A DNA stretch of 64,000 bases from the NCBI GenBank assembly GCA_035221665.1, contig CM069142.1, positions 60,574,001 to 60,638,000 on the forward strand. Reading direction: 5' to 3'. This DNA comes from Okamejei kenojei (Eukaryota). The translations under genes and the position numbers were made by a program. Below are positions 34,325-47,358 of the stretch, in pieces (the first letter of the stretch is position 1; every line of letters starts with the position of its first letter). The notes beneath the pieces were generated by a model. It did not search any database and was not told the DNA's origin. It saw nothing but the letters and a program-made list of their open reading frames with translations.

Positions 34325-35062
34325 CAGGGGTGGAAAACATGGGGGTGGGGGTGGCCAGAGGCGACACGTCCCCCCCATGTTTTGAGAGGTGGGGGACATC
34401 CCCCCCCCCAAGTTTTTGTAATCCAGATTTTAAAATCTCCGCTTTCCGCGAGACTGTGGCGGTGGGATTGTTGATAGAGGGCACCGATTGGACGAGAGAG
34501 ACGTCGGTCAGCAGGCAATGGGGACGGGACATGGTGATTCAGCGCGATGATTGGAGGAGGGAGGAGTTGGGGGGGGTGTGACTGAGGATAGAGTGTGGTG
34601 ATTGGAGGAGGGAGACGTGGCACAGACCTGCGCCTCATCCGCAGCCAGGACCGATCCCGGCCGGGTCTCCGGCGCTGTCCCGTCCCCACCCGAGTGCCCC
34701 CCCCCCCCCCCCCCCCCCATGGGCCAGAGACGTCGGCAGTCAGAAGCGAGCTGTACCCCCAGGCCCACAGCCAGCGCAGAGAAGCAGCGCTAAACCCAGC
34801 TCACTCTGCCAGGTGAACCAGCCTGGGCTTGCGGGAAATATGGGCAGCGCGGAGAAGAGGCGCTGGTGTCCCTTCAGTCCAGTCAGGGCTGTAGGTTAAC
34901 CCGGCGAGACAGGCAGAGTTGAGCTGCATTTAGCACTGGGTTGAGCCTCCGAAGCCTCGCGCATGTGTGTGTGAGTGTGCGCATGCGCGCGCGGTTGCCA
35001 AAAAATTGTGTCCCCCCTGTCCCCCAGTCCCCTCCATATTTTGTAAGCGAGTTCCGCATTTG
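34325..35062. mobile_element. GC-rich hAT-like non-autonomous element inside a CR1 tail (duplicate at 50353-51069)
   Basis: 8-bp TSD CTTCTACC / CTTCTAAC; imperfect termini CAGGGGTGGAA / TTCCGCATTTG; subterminal GGGGAC/GTCCCC repeats. Confidence 0.7.
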
Positions 35063-35664
35063 CTTCTAACCCTATTCTCCTGCCTTCTCCCAATAACATC
35101 TGACACCCGTACTAATCAAGAATCAATCACTGGCTTAAAAATATCCACTGACTTGGCCTCCACAGCCTTACGTGGCAAAGAATTCCACAGGTTCACCACC
35201 CTCCGACCAAAGAAATTTCTCCTCATCACTTTACTAATCCTTTAATTCTGTGGCCACGACCCTAGTTCCAGAATCTCCCACTAGAGGAAACATCCTCTCC
35301 AGATCTCTGTCTACCGGTGTCACCAATGAGTTGTGTGTATTTTATATATACCTTCAACATAAAACAAAAATCAAGGAAAAAAGGTGGGCAAGCCATAGCT
35401 AACAAGAAATCAAACATGTTTTTTTTCTTGAGTTCACGGAAGAGACACAAAACCTTTTGAGAGTAGTAAATAATTGTATGTCTAAAATGAATGAGGAGCT
35501 CAAGGTAAATAGTAAAAACCAAGCGACGGAGTCATTAATGAGACTTAACAATGATGGATCTGCAGTAGTTGCATCCAAGAAAACTGAAGGATGTCGCCAT
35601 GGTGATAGTGGAGGTCCTGGTTGTCATCTTCTAAAATTCCATAAATTCTGAAATAGAGTTAGAT

Positions 35665-35965
35665 GGGGCAGCATGGTAGAGGTGCTGCATTACAGCGCTA
35701 GAGACCCGGGTTCGATCCTGACTACGGGCTCCGTCTGTAAGGTGTTTGTACGTTCTCCCTGTGACCACGTGGGTTTTCTCTAGGTGTTCTGTTTTTCTCC
35801 CACGCTCCCAAGACGTACAGGTTTACAGGTTAATTGGCTTCGGTAAAGATTGTAAATTGTCCCTAGTGTGTGGTATAGTGCTAGTGTACGGGGTGAGCGC
35901 TGGTTGGTGCGGACTCGGTGGACCGAAGCGCTTGTTTTTGCGCTGTATCTCTAAACTAAAACTAA
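35665..35965 (+). mobile_element. HE1-like SINE (duplicate ~51677-51980)
   Basis: tRNA head with B box, V-domain and tail. Confidence 0.82.
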
Positions 35966-36949
35966 GGACTGGAAGGCAGCAAACAGAACCCACTTATAGA
36001 AAGGCAAGAGAGGGAAAATGTGGACCTTCAGATCAGAGTCAGTCTCATGTCAGCTGTGGGAAACCTGCTGAAATCAGTTACTAAAGAAGCAGCACCAGGG
36101 CATCTCGAAAATAATAATAAGATTGGACAGAGTCACTGTGGATTTATGAAAGGGAAATCATGTTTGACAAGTCTCGAAGTATTTTGAGGTTGTAACTGGC
36201 AGAATAGACAAGGGCAAACGAGTTGATCTGGAGCATTTGAAGTTTTAGAGGCCTTCACAAAGTTGTCACATGGAGATTATTAAAAGAGATAAAGATTGCA
36301 CAGTATTGCAGGATAACATACTAGGACGGATTTAGGATTGGTTAGCTGACAGAACACAGGGAGTGTTAATAAACAGCTTCTTTCAGGGTTGAGAGGGTGT
36401 GACTACAAGAGTGCCACAAGGAAAAGAGGGTCTGCGATGCCTTACCTAGAAAGGATACCAAGGTTATAATGTCAGAAGCTCAACATGCTCAAGAGAAAAC
36501 CTGGTCGCCTTCAGACATAGCAGACTGCAAACAGAGGGGAAGGAGCTGTTCCTTGGTCTGGTGATATACGTGCTTTCAAGCTTCTGTACTTTCTGCCGAT
36601 CAGGACAAAGGAGAAGAAGGAATGACTATTGTGGGACATTTGGACACGTGAGTGAAATCCGTATCTTTTCTACGTTCGTGAGAAGCCATCAAATCCCATT
36701 TTCTGAGGTGCCGCTGGTTGCTCAGTGAAGCCAAAGGGGATGGATAAAAAAATAAAAACCGCTTCCTTGCAAATGCAGGACTTGGGTGGCCTGTTTGAAT
36801 TTGTGCTTAGCAGAAAATGGTGAGACACGGAATAGATCTAACGTGGTCATTTGGGCAGATCTGATGGCAAGGAATCTGAGAATCCCCTTGACCTTGACGA
36901 TGGAGAGAGAAGTTCAGTGACAGGTGCAGAATGCCACATTTGGCGTTGA

Positions 36950-37370
36950 AAGTAGACACAAAATGGTGCAGTAACTCAGCCGATCAGGCAGCATCTCTGG
37001 AGAAAAGGAATGGGTGACGTTTCGGGTCGAGACCCTTCTTCAGACTGAGAGTCAGGGGAGAGGGAGGCATAGAGATATTGAAGGGTAAGGTGTGGAGGAA
37101 CAGCAGCTCAAATTTCGCTTGGGCAGCTTACAACCCAGCGGTATGAATATTGACTTCCATAACTTCAAGTAACCCTTGCTTTCCCACTCGATCTCTTGAT
37201 CTCTCGCTATCACATCATTCCCTCATAGAGATATGTCTCCCTCTCCCCTGACTCTCAGTGTGAGGAAGGGTCTCGGCCCAAAACAGCACCCATTCCTTTT
37301 CTCCAGAGATGCTGCCTGTCCCGCTGAGCCATTCCAGTATTTCGTGTCCAACTTCTGTGTTCCTTCCTAA
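36950..37370. mobile_element. Penelope-derived inverted structure (duplicate ~52965-53378)
   Basis: Inverted pLTR arms enclosing an EEQQLKFRLGSLQPSGMNIDF remnant. Confidence 0.75.
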
Positions 37371-37954
37371 CACACAGCTTTGAATGAATATTTCATCATT
37401 GAGGTCCAGGTAGGTTACACCGTCTCTTGAGATTTTCTAAAAGTTGCAACTGACATGATATTGCTTCCTGCCACATCATCACTGACCCACACAGTTTGGT
37501 TTCTCCTTCAGTGCGGCCAACAGTGGAGCTGCTGAATAGCTCAGCAGATAAATGACCTGTGAAATACTCCTTGGTAGCTCTGGAGCACCCTGTGAATTTT
37601 AGAATACATTTGTGCGACTCGCAATCAATAACACAATGCCAGCACTGTGTCCACTAAATAACAAGTAGACCAGCGATGAGCTCTATCTCAAATGAGACTA
37701 TTCCATAACCATCACAATTTGGAACTTTAAGCTCCAATTTGTGCCTTTAATGGCAAAAGACACCAGCTGCTAGTGCAGTCATGTCATCATGGTGTATTGA
37801 ATGTTGGTAAATGTCAGGAGTGTTTGTATGGATCACACAGCTAAGTGCCCAGTTCTTTAGGCTTTAGATTTTATAGATACAGTGTGGAAACAGGCCCTTC
37901 GGCCCATCAGGCCCGTGCTGCCCACTGATCAACACAGGTCTCTGGCGCTGTTAA

Positions 37955-38243
37955 TGCCCCTGTCCCACTTAGGAAACCTGAACGGAAACCTCTGGGGACT
38001 TTGTGCCCCACCCAAGGTTTCCATGCGGTTCCCAGAGGTTCCCAGAGGTTTTTGTCCTCCAGCAACCACCTTCAACTAGCATCGCAACCGGCTTCGACTA
38101 AAAAATTACCGATTTTTAAAACGGGAACCACTATCGACCATTAGGGAGACTGACAAAAACCTCCGGGAACCACACGGGAACCTTGGGTAGGGCGCAAAGT
38201 CTCCAGAGGTTTCCATTCAGGTTTCCTAAGTGGGACAGGGGCA
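37955..38243. mobile_element. PIF/Harbinger-like MITE inside a SINE (duplicate 53965-54256)
   Basis: TIRs TGCCCCTGTCCCACTTAGGAAACCTGAA / TTCAGGTTTCCTAAGTGGGACAGGGGCA; TAA/GAA flanks. Confidence 0.82.
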
Positions 38244-38759
38244 GAAGGCAGCAACTCTACCGCTGCGCCACTGTGGCAACAGTAGAGCGGCAGTATTATT
38301 TTGCAGTTGGTACAATTTCACCCTGAAATGATTGTCAGCACAATCTACTCCAGAGTAAAGATAAGACACAAAGTGCTGGTGTAACTCAGCGGGTATGCAG
38401 CATCTCTGAAGAACATGGGTGGGTGACGTTTTGGGGTCAGGACTGAAGAAGGTTTTCAATCTCAAGAAGAGCCCCAACTCAAAATATTACCAATCCATTT
38501 TCTCCAGAGATGCTGCCTGACTTGTTGAGTTACTCCAGCACTATGCATTTTTTTTTTATAACCAGCATCTACAGTTCCTTTTCTTCTTCCTCCAGGTTAA
38601 ATTAGGAAAAAATGTGATTTTGACATCTAGAAAGTGTGGATACATCATCCAATTTTCAAGCATAATTGTTCAACTTATGTCGGCGCAGTGTGGTGTGGTG
38701 GTGCAGCGGCAGAGTTGCTGCCTTACCACGCCACACACCCGAGTTCGATCCTGACTACT

Positions 38760-39320
38760 GATTCAAGATTCAAGATTCAAGAGAGTTTATTGTCATGTGT
38801 CCCAGATAGGACAATGACATTCTTGCTTTGCTTCAGCACAACAGAATATAGTAGGCATAAATAAATACAGAACAGATCAGTGTGACCAAATGCCATTGAA
38901 TATATATCTATACGCATATAAAAAAGCAGATAAAGTGCAATGGGCTATTAATGTTCAGAGTTTTGTTTGAGTTGAGTTTAATAGCCTGATGGCTGTGGGG
39001 AAGTAGCTATTCCTGAACCTGGATGTTGCAGATTTCAGGCCCCTGTACCCTTTTACCTGAAGGCAGTGGGGGGATGAGTGAGTGGCCAGGATGGTGTGGG
39101 TCCTTGATGATGCTGCCAGCCTTTTTGAGGCAGCGACTGCGATAGATTCCCTCGATGGTAGGGAGGTCAGAACCGATGATAGACTGGGCAGTGTTTACAA
39201 CTTTTTGCAGTCTTTTCCGCTCCTGGGCGTTCAAGTTGCCGAACCAAGCCACGATGCGACCGGTCAGCACGCTCTCTACTGTGCACCTGTAGAAGTTCGA
39301 GAGAGTCCTCCTTGACATAC
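38760..39320 (-). mobile_element. Rex1/Babar LINE 3' fragment inside an HE1-like SINE (duplicate ~54771-55328)
   Basis: NFYRCTVESVLT..AWFGN..LQKVVNTAQSIIG..IIKDPHHPGH..LPSGKR, the typical Rex1 C-terminus; (TTGAATC)n tail. Confidence 0.88.
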
Positions 39321-40314
39321 CTGTCTGTACAGTTGTACGTTCTCCATGTGACCACATGGGTGTTCTGGTTTTGTCTCACACTCCAAAAACGTGCAGGTTT
39401 GTAGGTTAATTGGCTTTGGTTAAAATCGCAAATTGTCCCCAACGTGTAGGTTGGGGCTGGTGTGTGGGGATCGCTGGTCGCGCGGACTCAGTGGTCCGAA
39501 GGGCCTGCCTCAGCACTAAACGAAAAAAAAACTAAAAGTTCCACTTCCTTAACCATGCTTAATGCACGCTTATGCAGCTCTAGGTTTAACATTAATAACG
39601 TTCCCGCAAAGCACCTTAGACCACCTTACTGCATTAATGCAAGCTGTGAGTGGAAACATATAGCGCTGCTTGCGTACCCACTGGGGAATGGATGTTTGTG
39701 ATTGTGTATGTAAGAGTAAATAAAAAGGACAAAGTAGGATAAAAAAAATACATTCTCATGTGTCTGAAGAGTGTGAACAGAACTGTACACACACAAAATC
39801 AAAACAGAAGATGAAAAGCAAAGCAAGGGGGCAATTGCAAAGGATTGCCATCAGTCTAGTACAGGCAACTGTCATGATGCATTTCTTTTGATCTTTCGGA
39901 GAGTCCCTGTAACCCCCCCTCTGTTTTCGCTCCCTTCTCTACCGCATCTTCCACTCAAACCTCTGATCTTGTTAGATGAAAGAGTAGTTTGATCGTCACA
40001 TCAATTTGAACTGTGGGTCGGCAGCAACGCAGAAGCAGGACCTAAAATAATGAGCTCACGCTGCCCCTTATCTTTATACCATCCTGACACAAATAATGAG
40101 GAAGTGCTATGTTGGTTTGAAGCAGAGGTCAAAACAATTTACAAGACAGAATGCAAGAACCAAAGCTGCATTAGAAATAATGAGCGAGATGAAAGAAGAG
40201 AACATTTTTTTATGCCAAGTAAAATGTTGCAAAATTAGTTTTTAAGCGACAGAAGGAATCCAGGTTGAACTTTACCTTAAACGGTGATGCAGCGGAAGAG
40301 TTGGTTCCTTACAG

Positions 40315-40713
40315 AAAAGATCCTATAGCAAGCAAGATAGATCACTCGACGAAAAAGACGTAGTACGGGCATGGGCAGATTCATGGGTAATTTTCGGCCC
40401 CATTTCCGTAACCGGCTTCTGTCTCTGCACCAAAGATCCCATAGCGGAGCAAAGATACTAGTGCGGAGACGGAAGTCGGTTACGGAAACATCCTTGTAAA
40501 AATAAAAGTTATTTGGGAAAAATCTTCTCCTCATTTTCAGAATTATAATTTATTAACACAAACTGTTCCCCCGCAACGCTGATTACACTGCGAGTGGGGT
40601 TGGGTTACGGAAATGGATGAAAAAAAGGCCCATGATCCACTTTGTTGCGTACTACACGTCAGCCCATTGCATTTAGAAGGAGTGATCTATCGTACTTCGC
40701 TATAGGGTCTTTG
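40315..40713. mobile_element. Non-autonomous DNA transposon with ~33-bp TIRs and 8-bp TSD, P-element-like termini (duplicate 56330-56727)
   Basis: AAAAGATCCTATAGCAAGCAAGATAGATCACTC / GAGTGATCTATCGTACTTCGCTATAGGGTCTTTG; TSD CCTTACAG on both sides; inserted in a SINE head. Confidence 0.8.
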
Positions 40714-42929
40714 CCTTACAGAGCCAGACCTCCGGGTCAGATCCTGACTACGGGTGCTTGTCTGTACGGAGTATTACCTTCTCCTCCTGACCTGTATGGT
40801 TTTTCTCCGAGATCTTCGGGTTTCTCTCACACTCCAAAGACATCCAGCTTTGTAGGTTAATTGGCTTGGTATAAATGTAAATTGTCCTTAGTGTATGTGG
40901 GATCGTGTTAATGTGCACGAATCATGGGCCAAAGGGCCTGTTTCCTCGCTGTATCTCTAAATTCAGAGCTGCAGTTGAATGTTCTTTTATCAAAGCATAA
41001 AGTGCTGGAATAATTCAACTGGTCAGGCAGCAAATATGATGGGAATGGACAGGCAATATTAGAGGTCGGGACCCTTCTTCAGTCCCATCCCAAAATGTGT
41101 CTGTCCATTTCCTCCGCAGATGCCGCCTGACCCGCTGAGTTACTCCTGTACTTTGTATCTTACTCAGGATTCCAGTATCTGCAGTTCCTTGTGTCTCCAA
41201 TGTTCTTTTCTGTTGGTTAGTACAGATCGCCATGACGTTATAAAATGGCTGAGCAGGCAAGAGGGTCTGAGTATCTTTTGCCTGCTCCATATTCATACGC
41301 GATAACAGAAAAGAGGGAAAGGAGAGAGAATTGGAATGAAATACACAAGGAAATATCATGCTGAAAATACTAAGAGGTAGCATATCATCAAAACTTGAAT
41401 ATTGTGCATTTCCAACCTTTGCCTGACTTTCCAAGCATACCGCAATGGTCCTGTGATCATTGTCACCTTCTCTGCATCCAACTTTTTTATCATTTCCTTT
41501 TTTCCTGTCACTTTCTCCTGCATCAACATGCCTTCGGTCAGTTAATCACACCTAATCAACCCTTTTGTTCTTTTCTCCCTTTATATAAAGGAGTGGAGAA
41601 ATGAGCACAAAAACGACACCAACCTTTTTTCTAATAAAATAGCAGGGTAATTATTTCAGAAAATATGTCAAAAATAATGATAGTCATATGGAAACCAAGT
41701 ACATAAAATTAACGTGAGCCATTTGTAGCCACCAAGCTTGATTAAAAGGAGAATTACTCAATCATCTCCCCTCTGCAGGCCATCGTGTCGGACCATGCAG
41801 TCTTGTTGAAACTTGTTCAAATCAAATAGCTTCGATTTCCAATGAAAGGATATTGTCACCGAATCTGAAACCTGTCTCTTTCCTATCAATGCTCTCGGAC
41901 CTCCAAATATAATTGCATTTTCAGTTTTCCAGGAATCATACAATTTTCCGACCCGACCCAAAACATCACCTATCTATGTTCTCCAGCAGTGCTGCACGTG
42001 GATCTTTTTATTTAAGGGGTGTCAGGGGTTATGGGGAGAAGGCAGGAGAATGGGGTTAAGAGGGAGAGATAGATCAGCCATGATTGAACAGAGGAGTAGA
42101 CTTGATGGGCCGAATGGCCTAATTCTTCCCCTATCATTTATGAACTTATGAAAACAGCATCTGTAGTTCCTTGTTCCTACTTTCACCAATTGTTACTTTC
42201 AGAAAAAAAATTGTCCCACTCCACTCAATACTCTGAAAATGGTTTCTTAAGAATTTCTCCAATTCCCTTTGGAAAATATTATTTAAGCTGCTCCAAACAC
42301 TCGTTCAGGTAATGTATTCAGATCAAACAATATACTTTTATTCAAAAAAATCCTGTCCTATTATTAAAATATTCATCATTGATGACCCCGTCTTCTCTGT
42401 TAAACCCTTCACAATTTGAACAGAGATTGTTAAAAAAAAGGGGATTGAATAGATTATTAATCATTTTGTTAACTATCTCTGGTCAACAGACAACAGTCCC
42501 AGATTCCAGATTCTGACTCAAGAAATACTGTGCATCTACACTATCTATTCTGGAATAGATATGTTGAATGCACAGAGTCCTTTCCCCAAAATAGGGGAAT
42601 CAGAGAACATGGTGAGTGGGGAAAGATTTAATAGGAACCTGAGGGGCAACCTTTTCACATAGATGGTGGTGGGAACATGCTGCCCGAGGAGGTAGTCGAT
42701 GCAAGTACCTTAAGAACATTTAACAGATATTTGGACAGGTACATAGATAGGAAGGGTTTAGAGGGCTATGGGCTAAACACTGGCAGATGGGACTAGTATA
42801 GATGGGGCATCTTGGTCGGCTTGGGCATTTTGGGACGAAGAGCCTTCTCACATGCTGTATGACTCTATGACTCTATATCTCTACGTTTAGAAAGTAGAAG
42901 TTGTTTATTTGCACCAAAGAATTATACTG

Positions 42930-43327
42930 ACCTAGACACAAAATGCTGGAGCAATTCAGCGAGTGAGGCAGCATCTCTGGAGAGAAGGAATGGGCGACGT
43001 TTCGGGTCGAGACCCTTCTTCAGACTGATGTCAGGGGAGGGGTGGGGCAAAGATAGAATGTAGTTGGAGACAGTAAGACTGGTGGGAGAAGGGGGAGGGG
43101 ATGGAGAGAGAAAAGAAGGGCTATCTGAAGTTAGAGAAGTCAATGTTCATACCACTGGGGTCTATACTACCCAAGTGAAATATGAGGTGCTGTTCCTCTA
43201 ATTTGCACTGAGCCTCACTCTGACAATGGAGGAGGCCCAGAAAGGTCAGATTGGGAATGGGAGGGGGAGTTGAAGTGCTGAGCCACCGGGAGATCGGGTA
43301 GGTTAAGGAAGACTGAGCAAAGGTGTT
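42930..43327 (-). mobile_element. Penelope-like element 3' fragment (GIY-YIG tail + pLTR) abutting the Ig exon donor (duplicate ~58933-59327)
   Basis: Reverse strand encodes PVAQHFNSPSHSQSDL..LEEQHLIFHLGS; contains CTGAAGAAGGGTCTCGACCCGAAACGTC. Confidence 0.82.
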
Positions 43328-43346
43328 CAGTGAAAATTATACTGAC

Positions 43347-43661
43347 CTTGTACAAACAGAAATGCCTGTCGATTTCCGTCAGTTTGAATGCTGCACGTTA
43401 CTGCCATATTGCTGAGCGTGGTCACTGGTGAGATGATAAGTTCGGAAGTAAATGTGCTACTAGTTGTGTAGTTCTTATGTTGAAACTGGGGATTTGTAAT
43501 AACTGGTCCCTCTTTTACAATGGTAAGGATGGGGTTGTCATCTATTATCCAGATGATAATTTTCCAAGGCAATGATACAGTGCAGTTGAATGCGGCATCA
43601 GAGTGAAGCAAAGCAAAGGCGTTTTTTGGACCTTCTATAATTGCAGTCGATAAACACACAC
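43347..43661 (-). CDS. IGSF5: IGSF5-like first Ig (V-type) exon, copy A, intact
   Basis: cttttAG acceptor and G|GTCAG donor; 315 nt, phase 1-1. Reads IIEGPKNAFALLHSDAAFNCTVSLPWKIIIW..PVITNPQF..FTSELII..VTCSIQ..AFLFVQ, which resembles mammalian IGSF5 as I recall it (VIEGPQNA..ARFNCTVSQGWKLIMW..PIITNDRF..FTSEMII..CSLQ..AYLTVQ). Confidence 0.88.
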
Positions 43662-46600
43662 CTAAAAGATAAACAGTTGATATTGAATAACAGTACAATT
43701 CAGTCAATCTACAGGATGAATCTGAAAGAAAGGGGGAAAAAATTGACAATGAAAGTAGTCTTGACTTTCAAGTCCATAACAGTCGGACTGCACTCGTAAA
43801 TTTTCCACAGGGTCTGGGTATCATTAAGTGGAGACTTCAAAGGCAATGTGAATCTAACTATATTACTGTGAAATGTAGCCAATGTCAAATGTATAAGATT
43901 GTCTAATTTTAATTTTCCGCGCTGTATCTCTAAACATAGAGACGAATGTAACCTGTAAATATTGTGTCAGTATTATTATTCCACATCTTAGGCGAAGATG
44001 TGACATTAGTGTGTGGGGATCGCCAGTCGGTGGGCTGAAGGGCCTGTTTCCGCGCTGTATCTCTAAACTAATAAAAAAACTAACTACAAGGGTACAACAG
44101 GCAAGCTATGAGAATGAAATACATGATTTAATTCTCCCCCTATCTTACCCGAACTTGGATTTCAATCACAGACTCTGGGTTTTCATTTCTGGGCATTTTT
44201 ATCCTGATGTTCGGGAGGTTGACTGGCATTGAGTTTGCAATTAGAGGCTCCAAACTGTTGTCGCCCAATGTCTACATGCACAGTCTTGATATCGGTCGAT
44301 AATCAGGCTCCCTCTAAGGAGATTCAGATCAATTCTTGTTGCTTCATCACACATCTGACATACCATCAAACAGAATCCAAGATCATCTTGGTCTGGCTGC
44401 ACCTATCCACTGAGCTACTGGAATAATTTATATTATGCATTTATTAAGAAATTATCCAGGTTAGTGCCGACTAATAATAAAAAAACTAAACTTTCCTAAA
44501 CGTTAATAGTAATGTCAATATGCTTTGAAATGCTCTCAGATCAAGGCATTCTATGTCCATTTATAACAATAATAATAATAACATAATAAATCTTTTCTTT
44601 CCTGGATATTACAGGCTTGATATGTCTTCAGTAAAATATTCTGCAATAACTGTAGTTTGACATGATCATAGTAAGAAGATTTGTCTGTTAAAGCAAACTA
44701 TAACATTAGAAATATTTTATAAAAGTCATACATCACCAATTAATGTATTCTACTCTCATACATGTTGATAGATTTTGACAGGGTTATATTGGGCAAATTA
44801 CTAGTATCTTAGTTTAGTTATAGTGAGATATAACACCGAATTCCATGCCGACCAGCGATCCCCGCATGCTTACACTATCCTTCACACACAGGAGACAATT
44901 TACGATTAAACCAAGCCAATTATGGTGCTGTCCCACTGTACGAGCTAATGCAAGAGTTCTCCCCGAGTTTCCCCTGATTCGAACTGGGGAATTAACGGTA
45001 AATAGCCGCTCGTAGGTACTCGGGGCTCTCGTGGACATTTTTTAACATGCTGAAAAATCTTCACGAGTCTTCACGAGCTTACCGCGTTTCCCGAGTACCT
45101 GCCATTAGCGTTACGAGCCGTTAAGAGACGTCCCGAGCTCCGACATACCCGCAACGTACACTCTACGTGCTTACCATGAGTTCGATTTCTTTTTAAACTC
45201 GGGAGAGCTCTTGAATTAGCTCGTACAGTGGGACAGCCCCTTTAGCATATAAGCCTGTCTGTCTTTGGAATGTGGGAAGAAACCGGTGATCCCAGAGAAA
45301 ATCCACGTAGATCACATCACAAACTCCGTACAGACAGCACCCGCAGTTAAGATCGAACCCGAGTCGCAGGCGCTGTAAGGCTGCAACTCTACTGCTGCAC
45401 CACCATACCGTGTCATTATCAATGTGGAGGCCACTACTGTTAATTTTATCACAGACATATTTTTCATATTCCAACAGACATTGATTAGTTTTGACGTTTG
45501 TCCATAACTCACCCCCTTTTTAAGGGAATACAATTTATTCGAGAATTAGCAAATTGTTGTTAAACACTATCAATTGATTTTAGATTTGGGAAAAGACGAA
45601 CAAACTATAAGACTGCGAAACTCGAGTACATCGACAGAGTAAGCCGACAAAAATTGTATTGATTACCTCATACCATTGTAAGGGAGAGAGGGCTGATTGA
45701 TTGATAACTTTAATGGGGAACATTTCATTACTGATAAACAAAATACTTCTGCCATAACACCAGCGCTTAACAACAAAAAAAACCAAGCCCAATGCCAAAG
45801 TAGTATCTAAACTGCCTACGTAGACTTATACAATGGGACAATAACTAACTCCGTATTCCATAGTAAGCTATCTACATGTTAATAAGCATACACAAATTAA
45901 GCATGCAGATATATATTCAGTTAAAGAGGCGATTGAGTGTTTTAGATGTCTTCTTGATTTTGGAGAAGGCCAATTGACTCACCTGACCTTTTCCAGAACC
46001 TCATTTAGCTCTAGTGGTTCCTTGATACACACCTCTAAAAATTGTATCAATTAAAATAGTTACAGAATTCTTTGAAGTATGAATATTTAAAAATCAGGGT
46101 GAAAATCATTAATGGTCACCAATTAGTGTTTTAGAATTGTGTATTTAAGAAATATGGTTCTATTGTCCTCATTATGAGGTGGAGCTTACTTCAAATAGAC
46201 AATCCATTATAAATCAATCCAAAGTCTGAAATAGGTTTCTACACTTGTCTGTAGAAACAGGCAGATGCTAGTTCAAAGAAGGGTCCTGACCCGATACGTC
46301 GCCTATCCATGTTCTCCAGAGATGCTGCCTGACCCACTGAGACACTTTAGCATGTGTGTCTTTCCTTATGCAATTGTCTCCTTTGTAAACAAGGTCACAG
46401 TTTAATACTGTGGACGTCTGTACCTTCTGAGAACTATTTCTTCATTTGTTAACTCAGAGGGAAATGGTGTCAGGAGACTTGGATAAACATGGACCTAATT
46501 CTGCCGTTAGTTTCGTTTAGAGATACAGCACGGAAACAGGCCCTTCGGCCCACCATGTCCGCGCAGACCAGTGATCCCCGTACTCTAGCACTCTGCTACA

Positions 46601-47054
46601 CACAATTTACAATTTTTCCCAAATCCAATTAACCAACAAAGCTGTCCATCTTTGGAGTGTGGGAGGAAATTGGAGCACCTGGGGAAAACGTACAAACTCC
46701 ATTTAGACAGCACCCGACGTCAGGTTCGAACCCGGGTCTCTGGCATTGTAAAGCAGCAACTCTACTACTGCGCCACCGTCACCCTATTGTTGTTAGTTAT
46801 TGCATCCCCCCCCCCCATGTAAACATTTCAGCAAAATTAATATTCTTCATTTCCCTGGTCCAAGGACACCACAGCCCACAAACGAGTCTACTACAATAAT
46901 TGAGACATCCCAACTCAGTATTACTCCCAACATGACATCTATCTGTATCCTTCTCACGGACGGAGATGCATTTGATATAAATTGTGACCCATCAGTAAAT
47001 CGTGGCATTAAATAAACCATGCTTCACTCCAGTACACAAGGCATTTATACTTAC

Positions 47055-47358
47055 TCGGCTTCACCGTGATGAATAGTGCAGTCGTTTTCGGCTGAGGAAG
47101 AGCTATAATGTTGGCCAGACACATAATCTCAGCGCTGACACTAAGGGAAAGGTTTAAAGTGCTGAAGGTATTGTAGAGATTATCTGAAGACTGATGGACA
47201 GTGGTGGAGTACATTTTTGAATCCATGTTTGTGTTGTTTTTTTTCCATAGGATAGCTGGTGCAGGATTCCAACCTTCTGCCTTACAGACAATGGTGAAGA
47301 CACGGTGTTGCTCAACAGATGGAATCCTCCTTCGCAAAAGACAGCTGGCCATCAAAAA
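47055..47358 (-). CDS. IGSF5: IGSF5-like second Ig exon, copy B (+3 and +1 insertions; frameshifted as written)
   Basis: Same splice sites as copy A; 304 nt; 5 amino-acid-changing substitutions. Confidence 0.6.

Larger units (their letters stand above)
27912..43912 (+). repeat. ~16.0 kb tandem segmental duplication, copy A
   Basis: Collinear and near-identical to 43914-59910, as also seen in the paired ORFs of the track (e.g. 28227/44229, 32387/48404, 42922/58925). Confidence 0.97.

Noticed and set aside
34228-35245. Cluster of Pro/Gly/Arg-rich ORFs (also 50256-51252)
   Set aside because: They lie in a GC-rich non-autonomous transposon, and the frames are not conserved between the two duplicates.
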